From Auanema rhodensis (lineage: Eukaryota; Animalia; Nematoda): DNA of 64,000 nucleotides. Of this stretch, positions 1-13,166 are shown piece by piece. The DNA is taken from contig OZ059896.1 of NCBI GenBank assembly GCA_964057225.1, positions 18,910,001 through 18,974,000 of the forward strand. Reading direction: 5' to 3'. The position numbers were made by a program, and so were the translations under genes. The notes under the pieces are model-generated. The model made no database searches and was not told where the DNA came from. It saw only the letters and a program-made list of their open reading frames with translations. The first letter of the stretch is position 1, and each line of letters starts with the position of its first letter.

Positions 1-35
1 TTATACAAATTGTCTAATTTGAATGCGATTTACAT

Positions 36-108
36 GGCCTTGTGGCCTAATGGATAAGGCGTCGGACTTCGGATCCGAAGATTGTAGGTTCGAGTCCTGC
101 CAGGGTCG
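36..108 (+). tRNA. tRNA-Arg-TCG: tRNA-Arg(TCG), representative copy of the array
   Basis: 73-nt cloverleaf: acceptor GGCCTTG/CAGGGTC, D arm GCCT/AGGC with A-box TGGCCTAATGG, anticodon stem TCGGA/TCCGA with loop CT-TCG-GA, T arm GTAGG-TTCGAGT-CCTGC (B-box), discriminator G. No encoded CCA (eukaryotic type). Confidence 0.97.
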
Positions 109-117
109 TTATTTTTT
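109..117 (+). terminator. RNA polymerase III oligo-dT terminator (present after each tRNA copy)
   Basis: TTATTTTTT immediately follows the discriminator base. Confidence 0.85.
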
Positions 118-3100
118 GTTTTAAAAAAATCATTACCTGATAGTTTACATGTTTTATTCTGTATTATCTCATACAATTGAAAAAAATACTAGCAGTAAAA
201 CAAATGCAGTGATAATATTCTCGAAAATGTTCCTATTCAGAGTGCGAAAGTATCAAAAATTTCCCGAAGGTTTTCTCATAAGGTACTAAAATAAAAGTAT
301 TATTTCATATTATTATTTTTTCAGACCTAGAATCGATAAAAAAAATCAACTACATTTTAGTGAGTTACTGGGTTGGGTTATACAAATTGTCTAATTTGAA
401 TGCGATTTACATGGCCTTGTGGCCTAATGGATAAGGCGTCGGACTTCGGATCCGAAGATTGTAGGTTCGAGTCCTGCCAGGGTCGTTATTTTTTGTTTTA
501 AAAAAATCATTACCTGATAGTTTACATGTTTTATTCTGTATTATCTCATACAATTGAAAAAAATACTAGCAGTAAAACAAATGCAGTGATAATATTCTCG
601 AGAATGTTCCTATACAGAGTGAGAAAATATCAAAAATTTCCTGAAGGTTTTCTCAGAAGGTACTGAAATAAAAGTATTATTTCATATTATTATTTTTTCA
701 GACCTAGAATCGAGACCAAAAAAACCACTACATTTTAGTGAGTTACTGGGTTGGGTTATACAAATTGTCTAATTAGAATGCGATTTACATGGCCTTGTGG
801 CCTAATGGATAAGGCGTCGGACTTCGGATCCGAAGATTGTAGGTTCGAGTCCTGCCAGGGTCGTTACTTTTTGTTTTAAAAAAATCATTACCTGATAAAT
901 TACATGTTTTATTCTGTATTATCTCATACAATTGAAAAAAATACTAGCAATAAAACAAATGCAGTGATAATATTCTCGAAAATGTTCCTATTCAGAGTGA
1001 GAAAATATCAAAAATTTCCCGAAGGTTTTCTCATAAGGTACTAAAATAAAAGTATTATTTCATATTATTATTTTTTCAGACCTAGAATCGATAAAAAAAA
1101 TTAACTACATTTTAGTGAGTTACTGGGTTGGGTTATACAAATTGTCTAATTTGAATGCGATTTACATGGCCTTGTGGCCTAATGGATAAGGCGTCGGACT
1201 TCGGATCCGAAGATTGTAGGTTCGAGTCCTGCCAGGGTCGTTATTTTTTGTTTTAAAAAAATCATTACCTGATAGTTTACATGTTTTATTCTGTATTATC
1301 TCATACAATTGAAAAAAATACTAGCAGTAAAACAAATGCAGTGATAATATTCTCGAGAATGTTCCTATTCAGAGTGAGAAAATATCAAAAATTTCCTGAA
1401 GGTTTTCTCAGAAGGTACTGAAATAAAAGTATTATTTCATATTATTATTTTTTCAGACCTAGAATCGATAAAAAAAATTAACTACATTTTAGTGAGTTAC
1501 TGGGTTGGGTTATACAAATTGTCTAATTTGAATGCGATTTACATGGCCTTGTGGCCTAATGGATAAGGCGTCGGACTTCGGATCCGAAGATTGTAGGTTC
1601 GAGTCCTGCCAGGGTCGTTACTTTTTGTTTTAAAAAAATCATTACCTGATAAATTACATGTTTTATTCTGTATTATCTCATACAATTGAAAAAAATACTA
1701 GCAATAAAACAAATGCAGTGATAATATTCTCGAAAATGTTCCTATTCAGAGTGAGAAAATATCAAAAATTTCCCGAAGGTTTTCTCATAAGGTACTAAAA
1801 TAAAAGTATTATTTCATATTATTATTTTTTCAGACCTAGAATTGATAAAAAAAATCAACTACATTTTAGTGAGTTACTGGGTTGGGTTATACAAATTGTC
1901 TAATTAGAATGCGATTTACATGGCCTTGTGGCCTAATGGATAAGGCGTCGGACTTCGGATCCGAAGATTGTAGGTTCGAGTCCTGCCAGGGTCGTTATTT
2001 TTTGTTTTAAAAAAATCATTACCTGATAGTTTACATGTTTTATTCTGTATTATCTCATACAATTGAAAAAAATACTAGCAATAAAACAAATGCAGTGATA
2101 ATATTCTCGAAAATGTTCCTATTCAGAGTGAGAAAATATCAAAAATTTCCCGAAGGTTTTCTCATAAGGTACTAAAATAAAAGTATTATTTCATATTATT
2201 ATTTTTTCAGACCTAGAATCGATAAAAAAAATTAACTACATTTTAGTGAGTTACTGGGTTGGGTTATACAAATTGTCTAATTTGAATGCGATTTACATGG
2301 CCTTGTGGCCTAATGGATAAGGCGTCGGACTTCGGATCCGAAGATTGTAGGTTCGAGTCCTGCCAGGGTCGTTATTTTTTGTTTTAAAAAAATCATTACC
2401 TGATAGTTTACATGTTTTATTCTGTATTATCTCATACAATTGAAAAAAATACTAGCAGTAAAACAAATGCAGTGATAATATTCTCGAGAATGTTCCTATT
2501 CAGAGTGCGAAAGTATCAAAAATTTCCCGAAGGTTTTCTCATAAGGTATTAAAATAAAAGTATTATTTCATATTATTATTTTTCCAGACCTAGAATCGAT
2601 AAAAAAAATCAAGTACATTTTAGTGAGTTACTGGGTTGGGTTATACAAATTGTCTAATTTGAATGCGATTTACATGGCCTTGTGGCCTAATGGATAAGGC
2701 GTCGGACTTCGGATCCGAAGATTGTAGGTTCGAGTCCTGCCAGGGTCGTTATTTTTTGTTTTAAAAAAATCATTACCTGATAGTTTACATGTTTTATTCT
2801 GTATTATCTCATACAATTGAAAAAAATACTAGCAGTAAAACAAATGCAGTGATAATATTCTCGAAAATGTTCCTATTCAGAGTGCGAAAGTATCAAAAAT
2901 TTCCCGAAGGTTTTCTCATAAGGTACTAAAATAAAAGTATTATTACATATTATTATTTTTTCAGACCTAGAATCGATAAAAAAAATCAACTACATTTTAG
3001 TGAGTTACTGGGTTGGGTTATACAAATTGTCTAATTTGAATGCGATTTACATGGCCTTGTGGCCTAATGGATAAGGCGTCGGACTTCGGATCCGAAGATT

Positions 3101-6100
3101 GTAGGTTCGAGTCCTGCCAGGGTCGTTATTTTTTGTTTTAAAAAAATCATTACCTGATAGTTTACATGTTTTATTCTGTATTATCTCATACAATTGAAAA
3201 AAATACTAGCAGTAAAACAAATGCAGTGATAATATTCTCGAGAATGTTCCTATTCAGAGTGCGAAAGTATCAAAAATTTCCCGAAGGTTTTCTCATAAGG
3301 TACTAAAATAAAAGTATTATTTCATATTATTATTTTTTCAGACCTAGAATCGATAAAAAAAATCAACTACATTTTAGTGAGTTACTGGGTTGGGTTATAC
3401 AAATTGTCTAATTTGAATGCGATTTACATGGCCTTGTGGCCTAATGGATAAGGCGTCGGACTTCGGATCCGAAGATTGTAGGTTCGAGTCCTGCCAGGGT
3501 CGTTATTTTTTGTTTTAAAAAAATCATTACCTGATAGTTTACATGTTTTATTCTGTATTATCTCATACAATTGAAAAAAATACTAGCAGTAAAACAAATG
3601 CAGTGATAATATTCTCGAAAATGTTCCTATTCAGAGTGCGAAAGTATCAAAAATTTCCCGAAGGTTTTCTCATAAGGTACTAAAATAAAAGTATTATTAC
3701 ATATTATTATTTTTTCAGACCTAGAATCGATAAAAAAAATCAACTACATTTTAGTGAGTTACTGGGTTGGGTTATACAAATTGTCTAATTTGAATGCGAT
3801 TTACATGGCCTTGTGGCCTAATGGATAAGGCGTCGGACTTCGGATCCGAAGATTGTAGGTTCGAGTCCTGCCAGGGTCGTTATTTTTTGTTTTAAAAAAA
3901 TCATTACCTGATAGTTTACATGTTTTATTCTGTATTATCTCATACAATTGAAAAAAATACTAGCAGTAAAACAAATGCAGTGATAATATTCTCGAGAATG
4001 TTCCTATTCAGAGTGCGAAAGTATCAAAAATTTCCCGAAGGTTTTCTCATAAGGTACTAAAATAAAAGTATTATTTCATATTATTATTTTTTCAGACCTA
4101 GAATCGATAAAAAAAATCAACTACATTTTAGTGAGTTACTGGGTTGGGTTATACAAATTGTCTAATTTGAATGCGATTTACATGGCCTTGTGGCCTAATG
4201 GATAAGGCGTCGGACTTCGGATCCGAAGATTGTAGGTTCGAGTCCTGCCAGGGTCGTTATTTTTTGTTTTAAAAAAATCATTACCTGATAGTTTACATGT
4301 TTTATTCTGTATTATCTCATACAATTGAAAAAAATACTAGCAGTAAAACAAATGCAGTGATAATATTCTCGAAAATGTTCCTATTCAGAGTGCGAAAGTA
4401 TCAAAAATTTCCCGAAGGTTTTCTCATAAGGTACTAAAATAAAAGTATTATTACATATTATTATTTTTTCAGACCTAGAATCGATAAAAAAAATCAACTA
4501 CATTTTAGTGAGTTACTGGGTTGGGTTATACAAATTGTCTAATTTGAATGCGATTTACATGGCCTTGTGGCCTAATGGATAAGGCGTCGGACTTCGGATC
4601 CGAAGATTGTAGGTTCGAGTCCTGCCAGGGTCGTTATTTTTTGTTTTAAAAAAATCATTACCTGATAGTTTACATGTTTTATTCTGTATTATCTCATACA
4701 ATTGAAAAAAATACTAGCAGTAAAACAAATGCAGTGATAATATTCTCGAGAATGTTCCTATTCAGAGTGCGAAAGTATCAAAAATTTCCCGAAGGTTTTC
4801 TCATAAGGTACTAAAATAAAAGTATTATTTCATATTATTATTTTTTCAGACCTAGAATCGATAAAAAAAATCAACTACATTTTAGTGAGTTACTGGGTTG
4901 GGTTATACAAATTGTCTAATTTGAATGCGATTTACATGGCCTTGTGGCCTAATGGATAAGGCGTCGGACTTCGGATCCGAAGATTGTAGGTTCGAGTCCT
5001 GCCAGGGTCGTTATTTTTTGTTTTAAAAAAATCATTACCTGATAGTTTACATGTTTTATTCTGTATTATCTCATACAATTGAAAAAAATACTAGCAGTAA
5101 AACAAATGCAGTGATAATATTCTCGAGAATGTTCCTATTCAGAGTGCGAAAGTATCAAAAATTTCCCGAAGGTTTTCTCATAAGGTATTAAAATAAAAGT
5201 ATTATTTCATATTATTATTTTTCCAGACCTAGAATCGATAAAAAAAATCAAGTACATTTTAGTGAGTTACTGGGTTGGGTTATACAAATTGTCTAATTTG
5301 AATGCGATTTACATGGCCTTGTGGCCTAATGGATAAGGCGTCGGACTTCGGATCCGAAGATTGTAGGTTCGAGTCCTGCCAGGGTCGTTATTTTTTGTTT
5401 TAAAAAAATCATTACCTGATAGTTTACATGTTTTATTCTGTATTATCTCATACAATTGAAAAAAATACTAGCAGTAAAACAAATGCAGTGATAATATTCT
5501 CGAGAATGTTCCTATTCAGAGTGCGAAAGTATCAAAAATTTCCCGAAGGTTTTCTCATAAGGTATTAAAATAAAAGTATTATTTCATATTATTATTTTTC
5601 CAGACCTAGAATCGATAAAAAAAATCAAGTACATTTTAGTGAGTTACTGGGTTGGGTTATACAAATTGTCTAATTTGAATGCGATTTTCATGGCCTTGTG
5701 GCCTAATGGATAAGGCGTCGGACTTCGGATCCGAAGATTGTAGGTTCGAGTCCTGCCAGGGTCGTTATTTTTTGTTTCAAAAAAATCATTACCTGATAGT
5801 TTACATGTTTTATTCTGTATTATCTCATACAATTGAAAAAAATACTAGCAGTAAAACAAATGCAGTGATAATATTCTCGAGAATGTTCCTATTCAGAGTG
5901 CGAAAGTATCAAAAATTTCCCGAAGGTTCTCTCATAAGGTATTAAAATAAAAGTATTATTTCATATTATTATTTTTCCAGACCTAGAATCGATAAAAAAA
6001 ATCAAGTACATTTTAGTGAGTTACTGGGTTGGGTTATACAAATGGTCTAATTTGAATGCGATTTACATGGCCTTGTGGCCTAATGGATAAGGCGTCGGAC

Positions 6101-7200
6101 TTCGGATCCGAAGATTGTAGGTTCGAGTCCTGCCAGGGTCGTTATTTTTTGTTTCAAAAAAATCATTACCTGATAGTTTACATGTTTTATTCTGTATTAT
6201 CTCATACAATTGAAAAAAATACTAGCAGTAAAACAAATGCAGTGATAATATTCTCGAAAATGTTCCTATTCAGAGTGCGAAAGTATCAAAAATTTCCCGA
6301 AGGTTTTCTCATAAGGTACTAAAATAAAAGTATTATTTCATATTATTATTTTTTCAGACCTAGAATCGATAAAAAAAATCAACTACATTTTAGTGAGTTA
6401 CTGGGTTGGGTTATACAAATTGTCTAATTTGAATGCGATTTACATGGCCTTGTGGCCTAATGGATAAGGCGTCGGACTTCGGATCCGAAGATTGTAGGTT
6501 CGAGTCCTGCCAGGGTCGTTATTTTTTGTTTTAAAAAAATCATTACCTGATAGTTTACATGTTTTATTCTGTATTATCTCATACAATTGAAAAAAATACT
6601 AGCAGTAAAACAAATGCAGTGATAATATTCTCGAGAATGTTCCTATACAGAGTGAGAAAATATCAAAAATTTCCTGAAGGTTTTCTCAGAAGGTACTGAA
6701 ATAAAAGTATTATTTCATATTATTATTTTTTCAGACCTAGAATCGAGACCAAAAAAACCACTACATTTTAGTGAGTTACTGGGTTGGGTTATACAAATTG
6801 TCTAATTAGAATGCGATTTACATGGCCTTGTGGCCTAATGGATAAGGCGTCGGACTTCGGATCCGAAGATTGTAGGTTCGAGTCCTGCCAGGGTCGTTAC
6901 TTTTTGTTTTAAAAAAATCATTACCTGATAAATTACATGTTTTATTCTGTATTATCTCATACAATTGAAAAAAATACTAGCAATAAAACAAATGCAGTGA
7001 TAATATTCTCGAAAATGTTCCTATTCAGAGTGAGAAAATATCAAAAATTTCCCGAAGGTTTTCTCATAAGGTACTAAAATAAAAGTATTATTTCATATTA
7101 TTATTTTTTCAGACCTAGAATTGATAAAAAAAATCAACTACATTTTAGTGAGTTACTGGGTTGGGTTATACAAATTGTCTAATTAGAATGCGATTTACAT

Positions 7201-7272
7201 GGCCTTGTGGCCTAATGGATAAGGCGTCGGACTTCGGATCCGAAGATTGTAGGTTCGAGTCCTGCCAGGTCG
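7201..7272 (+). pseudogene. tRNA-Arg copy with a 1-nt deletion in the 3' acceptor strand
   Basis: CCTGCCAGGTCG instead of CCTGCCAGGGTCG; a homopolymer sequencing error is possible. Confidence 0.5.
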
Positions 7273-7576
7273 TTATTTTTTGTTTTAAAAAAATCATTAC
7301 CTGATAGTTTACATGTTTTATTCTGTATTATCTCATACAATTGAAAAAAATACTAGCAATAAAACAAATGCAGTGATAATATTCTCGAAAATGTTCCTAT
7401 TCAGAGTGAGAAAATATCAAAAATTTCCCGAAGGTTTTCTCATAAGGTACTAAAATAAAAGTATTATTTCATATTATTTTTTTTTCAGACCTAGAATCGA
7501 TAAAAAAAATCAAATACATTTTAGTGAGTTACTGGGTTGGGTTATACAAATTGTCTAATTTGAATGCGATTTAAAT

Positions 7577-7649
7577 GGCCTTGTGGCCTAATGGATAAGG
7601 CGTCAGACTTCGGATCCGAAGATTGTAGGTTCGAGTCCTGCCAGGGTCG
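7577..7649 (+). tRNA. tRNA-Arg-TCG: tRNA-Arg(TCG) variant allele (G29A, A-C mismatch in anticodon stem), first of ~16 copies
   Basis: GCGTCAGACTTCGGATCCGA instead of GCGTCGGACTTCGGATCCGA; linked to upstream TTTAAATGG. Confidence 0.85.
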
Positions 7650-10158
7650 TTATTTTTTGTTTCAAAACAATCAATACCTGATAGTTTACATGTTTTATTC
7701 TGTATTATCTCATACAATTGAAAAAAATACTAGCAATAAAACAAATTCAGTGATAATATTCTCGAAAATGTTCCTATTCAGAGTGAGAAAATATCTAAAA
7801 TTTCCCGAAGGTTTTCTCATAAGGTACTGAAATAAAAGTATTATTTCATATTATTATTTTTTCAGACCTAGAATCGAGACCAAAAAAACCACTACATTTT
7901 AGTGAGTTACTGGGTTGGGTTATACAAATTGTCTAATAAGAATGCGATTTACATGGCCTTGTGGCCTAATGGATAAGGCGTCGGACTTCGGATCCGAAGA
8001 TTGTAGGTTCGAGTCCTGCCAGGGTCGTTATTTTTTGTTTTAAAAAAATCATTACCTGATAAATTACATGTTTTATTCTGTATTATCTCATACAATTGAA
8101 AAAAATACTAGCAATAAAACAAATGCAGTGATAATATTCTCGAAAATGTTCCTATTCAGAGTGAGAAAATATCAAAAATTTCCCGAAGGTTTTCTCATAA
8201 GGTACTAAAATAAAAGTATTATTTCATATTATTATTTTTTCAGACCTAGAATTGATAAAAAAAATCAACTACATTTTAGTGAGTTACTGGGTTGGGTTAT
8301 ACAAATTGTCTAATTAGAATGCGATTTACATGGCCTTGTGGCCTAATGGATAAGGCGTCGGACTTCGGATCCGAAGATTGTAGGTTCGAGTCCTGCCAGG
8401 GTCGTTATTTTTTGTTTTAAAAAAATCATTACCTGATAGTTTACATGTTTTATTCTGTATTATCTCATACAATTGAAAAAAATACTAGCAGTAAAACAAA
8501 TGCAGTGATAATATTCTCGAGAATGTTCCTATTCAGAGTGAGAAAATATCAAAAATTTCCCGAAGGTTTTCTCATAAGGTACTAAAATAAAAGTATTATT
8601 TCATATTATTATTTTTTCAGACCTAGAATCGATAAAAAAAATCAACTACATTTTAGTGAGTTACTGGGTTGGGTTATACAAATTGTCTAATTTGAATGCG
8701 ATTTAAATGGCCTTGTGGCCTAATGGATAAGGCGTCAGACTTCGGATCCGAAGATTGTAGGTTCGAGTCCTGCCAGGGTCGTTATTTTTTGTTTCAAAAC
8801 AATCAATACCTGATAGTTTACATGTTTTATTCTGTATTATCTCATACAATTGAAAAAAATACTAGCAATAAAACAAATTCAGTGATAATATTCTCGAAAA
8901 TGTTCCTATTCAGAGTGAGAAAATATCAAAAATTTCCCGAAGGTTTTCTCATAAGGTACTAAAATAAAAGTATTATTTCATATTATTATTTTTTCAGACC
9001 TAGAATCGATAAAAAAAATCAACTACATTTTAGTGTGTTACTGGGTTGGGTTATACAAATTGTCTAATTTGAATGCGATTTAAATGGCCTTGTGGCCTAA
9101 TGGATAAGGCGTCAGACTTCGGATCCGAAGATTGTAGGTTCGAGTCCTGCCAGGGTCGTTATTTTTCGTTTCAAAACAATCAATACCTGATAGTTTACAT
9201 GTTTTATTCTGTATTATCTCATACAATTGAAAAAAATACTAGCAATAAAACAAATTCAGTGATAATATTCTCGAAAATGTTCCTATTCAGAGTGAGAAAA
9301 TATCTAAAATTTCCCGAAGGTTTTCTCATAAGGCACTAAAATAAAAGTATTATTTCATATTATCATTTTTTCAGACCTAGAATCGAGACCAAAAAAACCA
9401 CTACATTTTAGTGAGTTACTGGGTTGGGTTATACAAATTGTCTAATTAGAATGCGATATACATGGCCTTGTGGCCTAATGGATAAGGCGTCGGACTTCGG
9501 ATCCGAAAATTGTAGGTTCGAGTCCTGCCAGGGTCGTTATTTTTTGTTTTAAAAAAATCATTACCTGATAGTTTACATGTTTTATTCTGTATTATCTCAT
9601 ACAATTGAAAAAAATACTAGCAGTAAAACAAATGCAGTGATAATATTCTCGAGGATGTTCCTATTCAGAGTGCGAAAGTATCAAAAATTTCCCGAAGGTT
9701 TTCTCATAAGGTATTAAAATAAAAGTATTATTTCATATTATTATTTTTCCAGACCTAGAATCGATAAAAAAAATCAAGTACATTTTAGTGAGTTACTGGG
9801 TTGGGTTATACAAATTGTCTAATTTGAATGCGATTTACATGGCCTTGTGGCCTAATGGATAAGGCGTCGGACTTCGGATCCGAAGATTGTAGGTTCGAGT
9901 CCTGCCAGGGTCGTTATTTTTTGTTTTAAAAAAATCATTACCTGATAGTTTACATGTTTTATTCTGTATTATCTCATACAATTGAAAAAAATACTAGCAG
10001 TAAAACAAATGCAGTGATAATATTCTCGAGAATGTTCCTATTCAGAGTGAGAAAATATCAAAAATTTCCCGAAGGTTTTCTCATAAGGTACTAAAATAAA
10101 AGTATTATTTCATATTATTATTTTTTCAGACCTAGAATCGATAAAAAAAATCAACTAC

Positions 10159-10583
10159 TGTTACATACATATCTCAAAGGAAAGAAGCTGACCATGGCAG
10201 CTGCTATTATTAAACTAATGCAGATAGTTTTTAAGCAATTCTGAGAATATTCTAGATGCACTTTTTATAAGCTTTGTAACAATTTGTGTAAACTGAGTAG
10301 GAGTTGTATGGATATATAAACCTGAGTCCTCAAGACTCAGGCATCTCATTATCTCCTTATCTCATTATCTTACTTTCTCTTTATCTTCTTTATATTCTCT
10401 TTCTTAACTCTAGCTTTAATCTTTGTATAATTATATTATAATGCGAACAATAAACCTTTATATATTTCATCTCTTGTTTCTTATTTCACCTTACATTACA
10501 CACTTATATTTAAAATCATAATCATCGTCTCATAGTCTGTTTGGATATCTCAACTTGGAACCATTGAGAATCTAAATGGAACG
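10159..10583 (+). repeat. 5' LTR of the non-autonomous element
   Basis: TGTTACAT...ATGGAACG; TATATAAA at 10313-10320, AATAAA at 10449-10454; about 3 substitutions relative to the 3' LTR by eye. Confidence 0.93.
10313..10341 (+). promoter_or_regulatory. LTR TATA box followed by an 8-bp inverted repeat
   Basis: TATATAAA then CCTGAGTC-CTCAA-GACTCAGG, located upstream of the AATAAA as expected for U3. Confidence 0.55.
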
Positions 10584-10601
10584 TGGAGGTTCCACCGAGA
10601 T
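10584..10601 (+). other. Primer-binding site complementary to tRNA-Gln 3' end
   Basis: TGGAGGTTCCACCGAGAT is the reverse complement of ATCTCGGTGGAACCTCCA, the conserved 3' 18 nt of metazoan tRNA-Gln including CCA (recalled sequence). Confidence 0.88.
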
Positions 10602-11809
10602 CCTTCCTTTTGGACAGGATCTCGTAAAGGAACTCAAGCGCTACCGTCTACATCTCTTATTCAATTAAAAATCTTATCTCTCTCTTAAAGTTAGCTTATA
10701 ATATTTTCTTAAAAACTCTAAAACTTTTCTATTAAAAATTATATCCAAAAACTCTTTACAAAAACTCAGTTTTCCATTCATTATATTCTCATAAATCATT
10801 TTCAATTATTCATAAGAGTACTTATATCATTTATCATTCTCTCTATCCAAAATCCTATATACGAAAATTATTCAAATTCAATAATTAACTTTTCTAAGAA
10901 TTATAAGTTTATTTTCACATTTTTTGAACAAAAATAGTTAAGTTCTTTATAAAATTAATTTAGAATTAAGAAATAAAAAAAAAAAAAAAAAAAAAAAAGA
11001 ATATTGCTTCTATACCTCTCAATCTTAATCATCTTATCATACCATATTCTTAATTTCTTTATGTTCGTTTATAAAACTATTATTCTTATACTACTACACT
11101 GTATTCTCATAAACCCACCCCTTCCCCCCCCCCCCCCCGTTATTTCATAAGCAAGAAATCCCGTGTTAAACACGACAGTAAAAATATTTATTAGGCGCAG
11201 CGTATCCAAATTCCGATTACCTTAGCACCTGAAAATACGAAAAATAATTAAATTAATCAATAAGTTTTAACTCATACGCAAAAACCATCCCCCCCCTCGT
11301 TAAGAATAATGCCAAACACTCAAGAGACTCGAGCGGAGGCCGACACTCAGGATAAGACGTACGCCCCATGAAATAATTAGAGAATTTTTGAATTGAAATC
11401 TGCCCCACATTGATATAAATAATAAGAGTGGTCTCGCCATCATAGAGTCAGGGAGCAGGATGCAGAAGGCAGCTGACATACCTGTGACTCAGATAGGTTA
11501 ATGAGGTCTGGGAAAATGAAATGATTGCGAAAATTCTATTTTGTATCCTTGTCCCAAAAGACTGGCGAACTATTAACTTTCATTTCATGCCTTTTTCACA
11601 ATATAGAACTTGTCCCTTCGAAAAGGCACACTAGTTTCAAACCTGTGTTAGACCCGGACGAGCTATATTGGTAAAGAGATTACTTGCAAGACTAGCTACC
11701 TTCATAAGAATCGCGCACACAAACCCAACATTATTCTTTACGTTTTTCTATATATAAAATTATTTTGGCACACGTTGGATATAACAAATTTCCTTACAGG
11801 ATACCAACG

Positions 11810-12145
11810 ATGCTGCCCAATACTGGTCCAAAACCTCCGCTGGACCCTGCTGCCACTTCAAATATTATAAGAAGAAAAAGACAACCGCCCGCAACATATT
11901 CTCCCCCCTCTGCAAAACAAGCGAAGTTAAGCATTAAAACAAAGTCAATGGTAATACATACCCCAAGACATCGCGGCATTCAAAATCAATTCACCAATCC
12001 CAAATCACATGAAAAAACGAAGAAACAAAAAACAGACATAGTCGAAAGAAACACCTTAGAAAAGAAAATTATCCCAAACATTAAACCTATTCCTAAAAAC
12101 ATAGCAAAACAAAGGAGAACAAGTACGAAACTTTTAATTAACTAA
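11810..12145 (+). CDS. Hypothetical basic, Pro/Lys-rich protein in the non-autonomous element (111 aa from first ATG)
   Basis: ORF track 11765..12145 begins at TTG; first ATG is at 11810. NLS-like RRKR; no recognisable domain. Confidence 0.35.
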   Translation: MLPNTGPKPPLDPAATSNIIRRKRQPPATYSPPSAKQAKLSIKTKSMVIHTPRHRGIQNQFTNPKSHEKTKKQKTDIVERNTLEKKIIPNIKPIPKNIAKQRRTSTKLLIN

Positions 12146-12340
12146 CAAAAATCGTAGAATTGTAAAAATAATTTTTCTTTCTTTCGTATAGTACATTAAA
12201 CATAAGACATAGATCAAAAACCACCGAAATTCTAATTTCTATCCTTTAATTTTAACAAATTGTAACAATCACTGAAAAACAAACTATATAAAGAGAAAAT
12301 TTTGATAGAGAAAAATTCAATAACACTTTTCTTACTCAAA

Positions 12341-12985
12341 ATGACCTCCTCTCTCGCCAACGTCACACTCTCTACATTCCTCGCAACTCCAACACCACTG
12401 GTCCCTCTAGCGACCACTATTGAACAAGAATGGATAGAGGTAGAAAACCTTCGTGAAGGTCTTCTACCTATCAACTGCATGAAGCCCAACTTAGGACCAA
12501 TAATAAGCCTCCAAACGAGCAAATTGGAAAAGAAGACACAGCACATCCTATTTATGATGGAACTATTGGAGGAGAAAACCAAAAACTATAAGGATCACGA
12601 TCTGAAGGAGCTTCGCCAGCATCAAAAGAAATGGACAGAAGGATGTTCTCTCAGCCAGAAAGAGAACAGAATCCGAAACATAATGCTGGGACAACCCGCC
12701 AGAACGCAGACCACAGCTGACATCTACAAAGCAATGCCGACATGGACAACACAGATGACACAACAAGCTGTAGGAAATAGCGGAACCGAAGAAGAAGCAT
12801 CGTGGATAGAGATAGGGCAAGACCTATCAGTAGTAATCAAAAAACTACTGACAAAAAGGACTACCAACATGTCCGCATCAAAAAGTAAGGCAAAAGCAGT
12901 TAGCCAAACCATCAGAACAATGGAGCTGCTTGGACTAGCATCAATGACGGAAATGATCCAGGAAATTGACCAACTGGCGGATTAA
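12341..12985 (+). CDS. Hypothetical protein (214 aa from first ATG), accessory ORF of the non-autonomous element
   Basis: Intact ORF with AAAATG start context, clearly more GC-rich than its flanks; looks alpha-helical; no recognisable retroelement motif. Confidence 0.6.
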   Translation: MTSSLANVTLSTFLATPTPLVPLATTIEQEWIEVENLREGLLPINCMKPNLGPIISLQTSKLEKKTQHILFMMELLEEKTKNYKDHDLKELRQHQKKWTEGCSLSQKENRIRNIMLGQPARTQTTADIYKAMPTWTTQMTQQAVGNSGTEEEASWIEIGQDLSVVIKKLLTKRTTNMSASKSKAKAVSQTIRTMELLGLASMTEMIQEIDQLAD

Positions 12986-13166
12986 AGAAGAGAGGAAAGG
13001 TTTAAATCATTTATAAAATTCTATCTCTTAAAATTTTTTCTCTTTATCAATAGTTTGTTGAAAAATTTGCTTTATCTCATGCCATTTTTTTTAGTTTTTA
13101 TTTTTCTCTCTTAATTATTATTTGCATATAACAGCTGAGGTCAGCTGACTTGTATCCGTTGGGGCA

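Larger units (their letters stand above)
1..10158 (+). repeat. tRNA-Arg(TCG) tandem gene array, block 1 (~377-bp unit, 27 tRNA copies)
   Basis: Near-identical unit repeats head-to-tail. tRNA starts at 36, 413, 791, 1168, 1545, 1922, 2299, 2676, 3053, 3430, 3807, 4184, 4561, 4938, 5315, 5692, 6069, 6446, 6824, 7201, 7577, 7955, 8332, 8709, 9086, 9464, 9841. The array runs off the left edge of the window. Confidence 0.97.

Noticed and set aside
36-108. Array tRNA as the primer for the inserted retroelements
   Set aside because: A PBS for this tRNA-Arg would read TGGCGACCCTGG; the observed PBS is TGGAGGTTCCACC (tRNA-Gln).
315-326. TTTTTTCAG in each spacer as a splice or trans-splice acceptor; possible SL RNA or 5S gene in the unit
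   Set aside because: No downstream exon, and I could not recognise SL leader or 5S sequence on either strand; the motif is expected in T-rich DNA.
366-382. GGGTTGGGTTA in each spacer as telomere seed or G-quadruplex
   Set aside because: Only two G-tracts per unit and no tandem run.
10974-11138. Poly(A) and poly(C) tracts in the small element as a retroposed insert
   Set aside because: No flanking target-site duplication or identifiable inserted body; treated as simple homopolymers.
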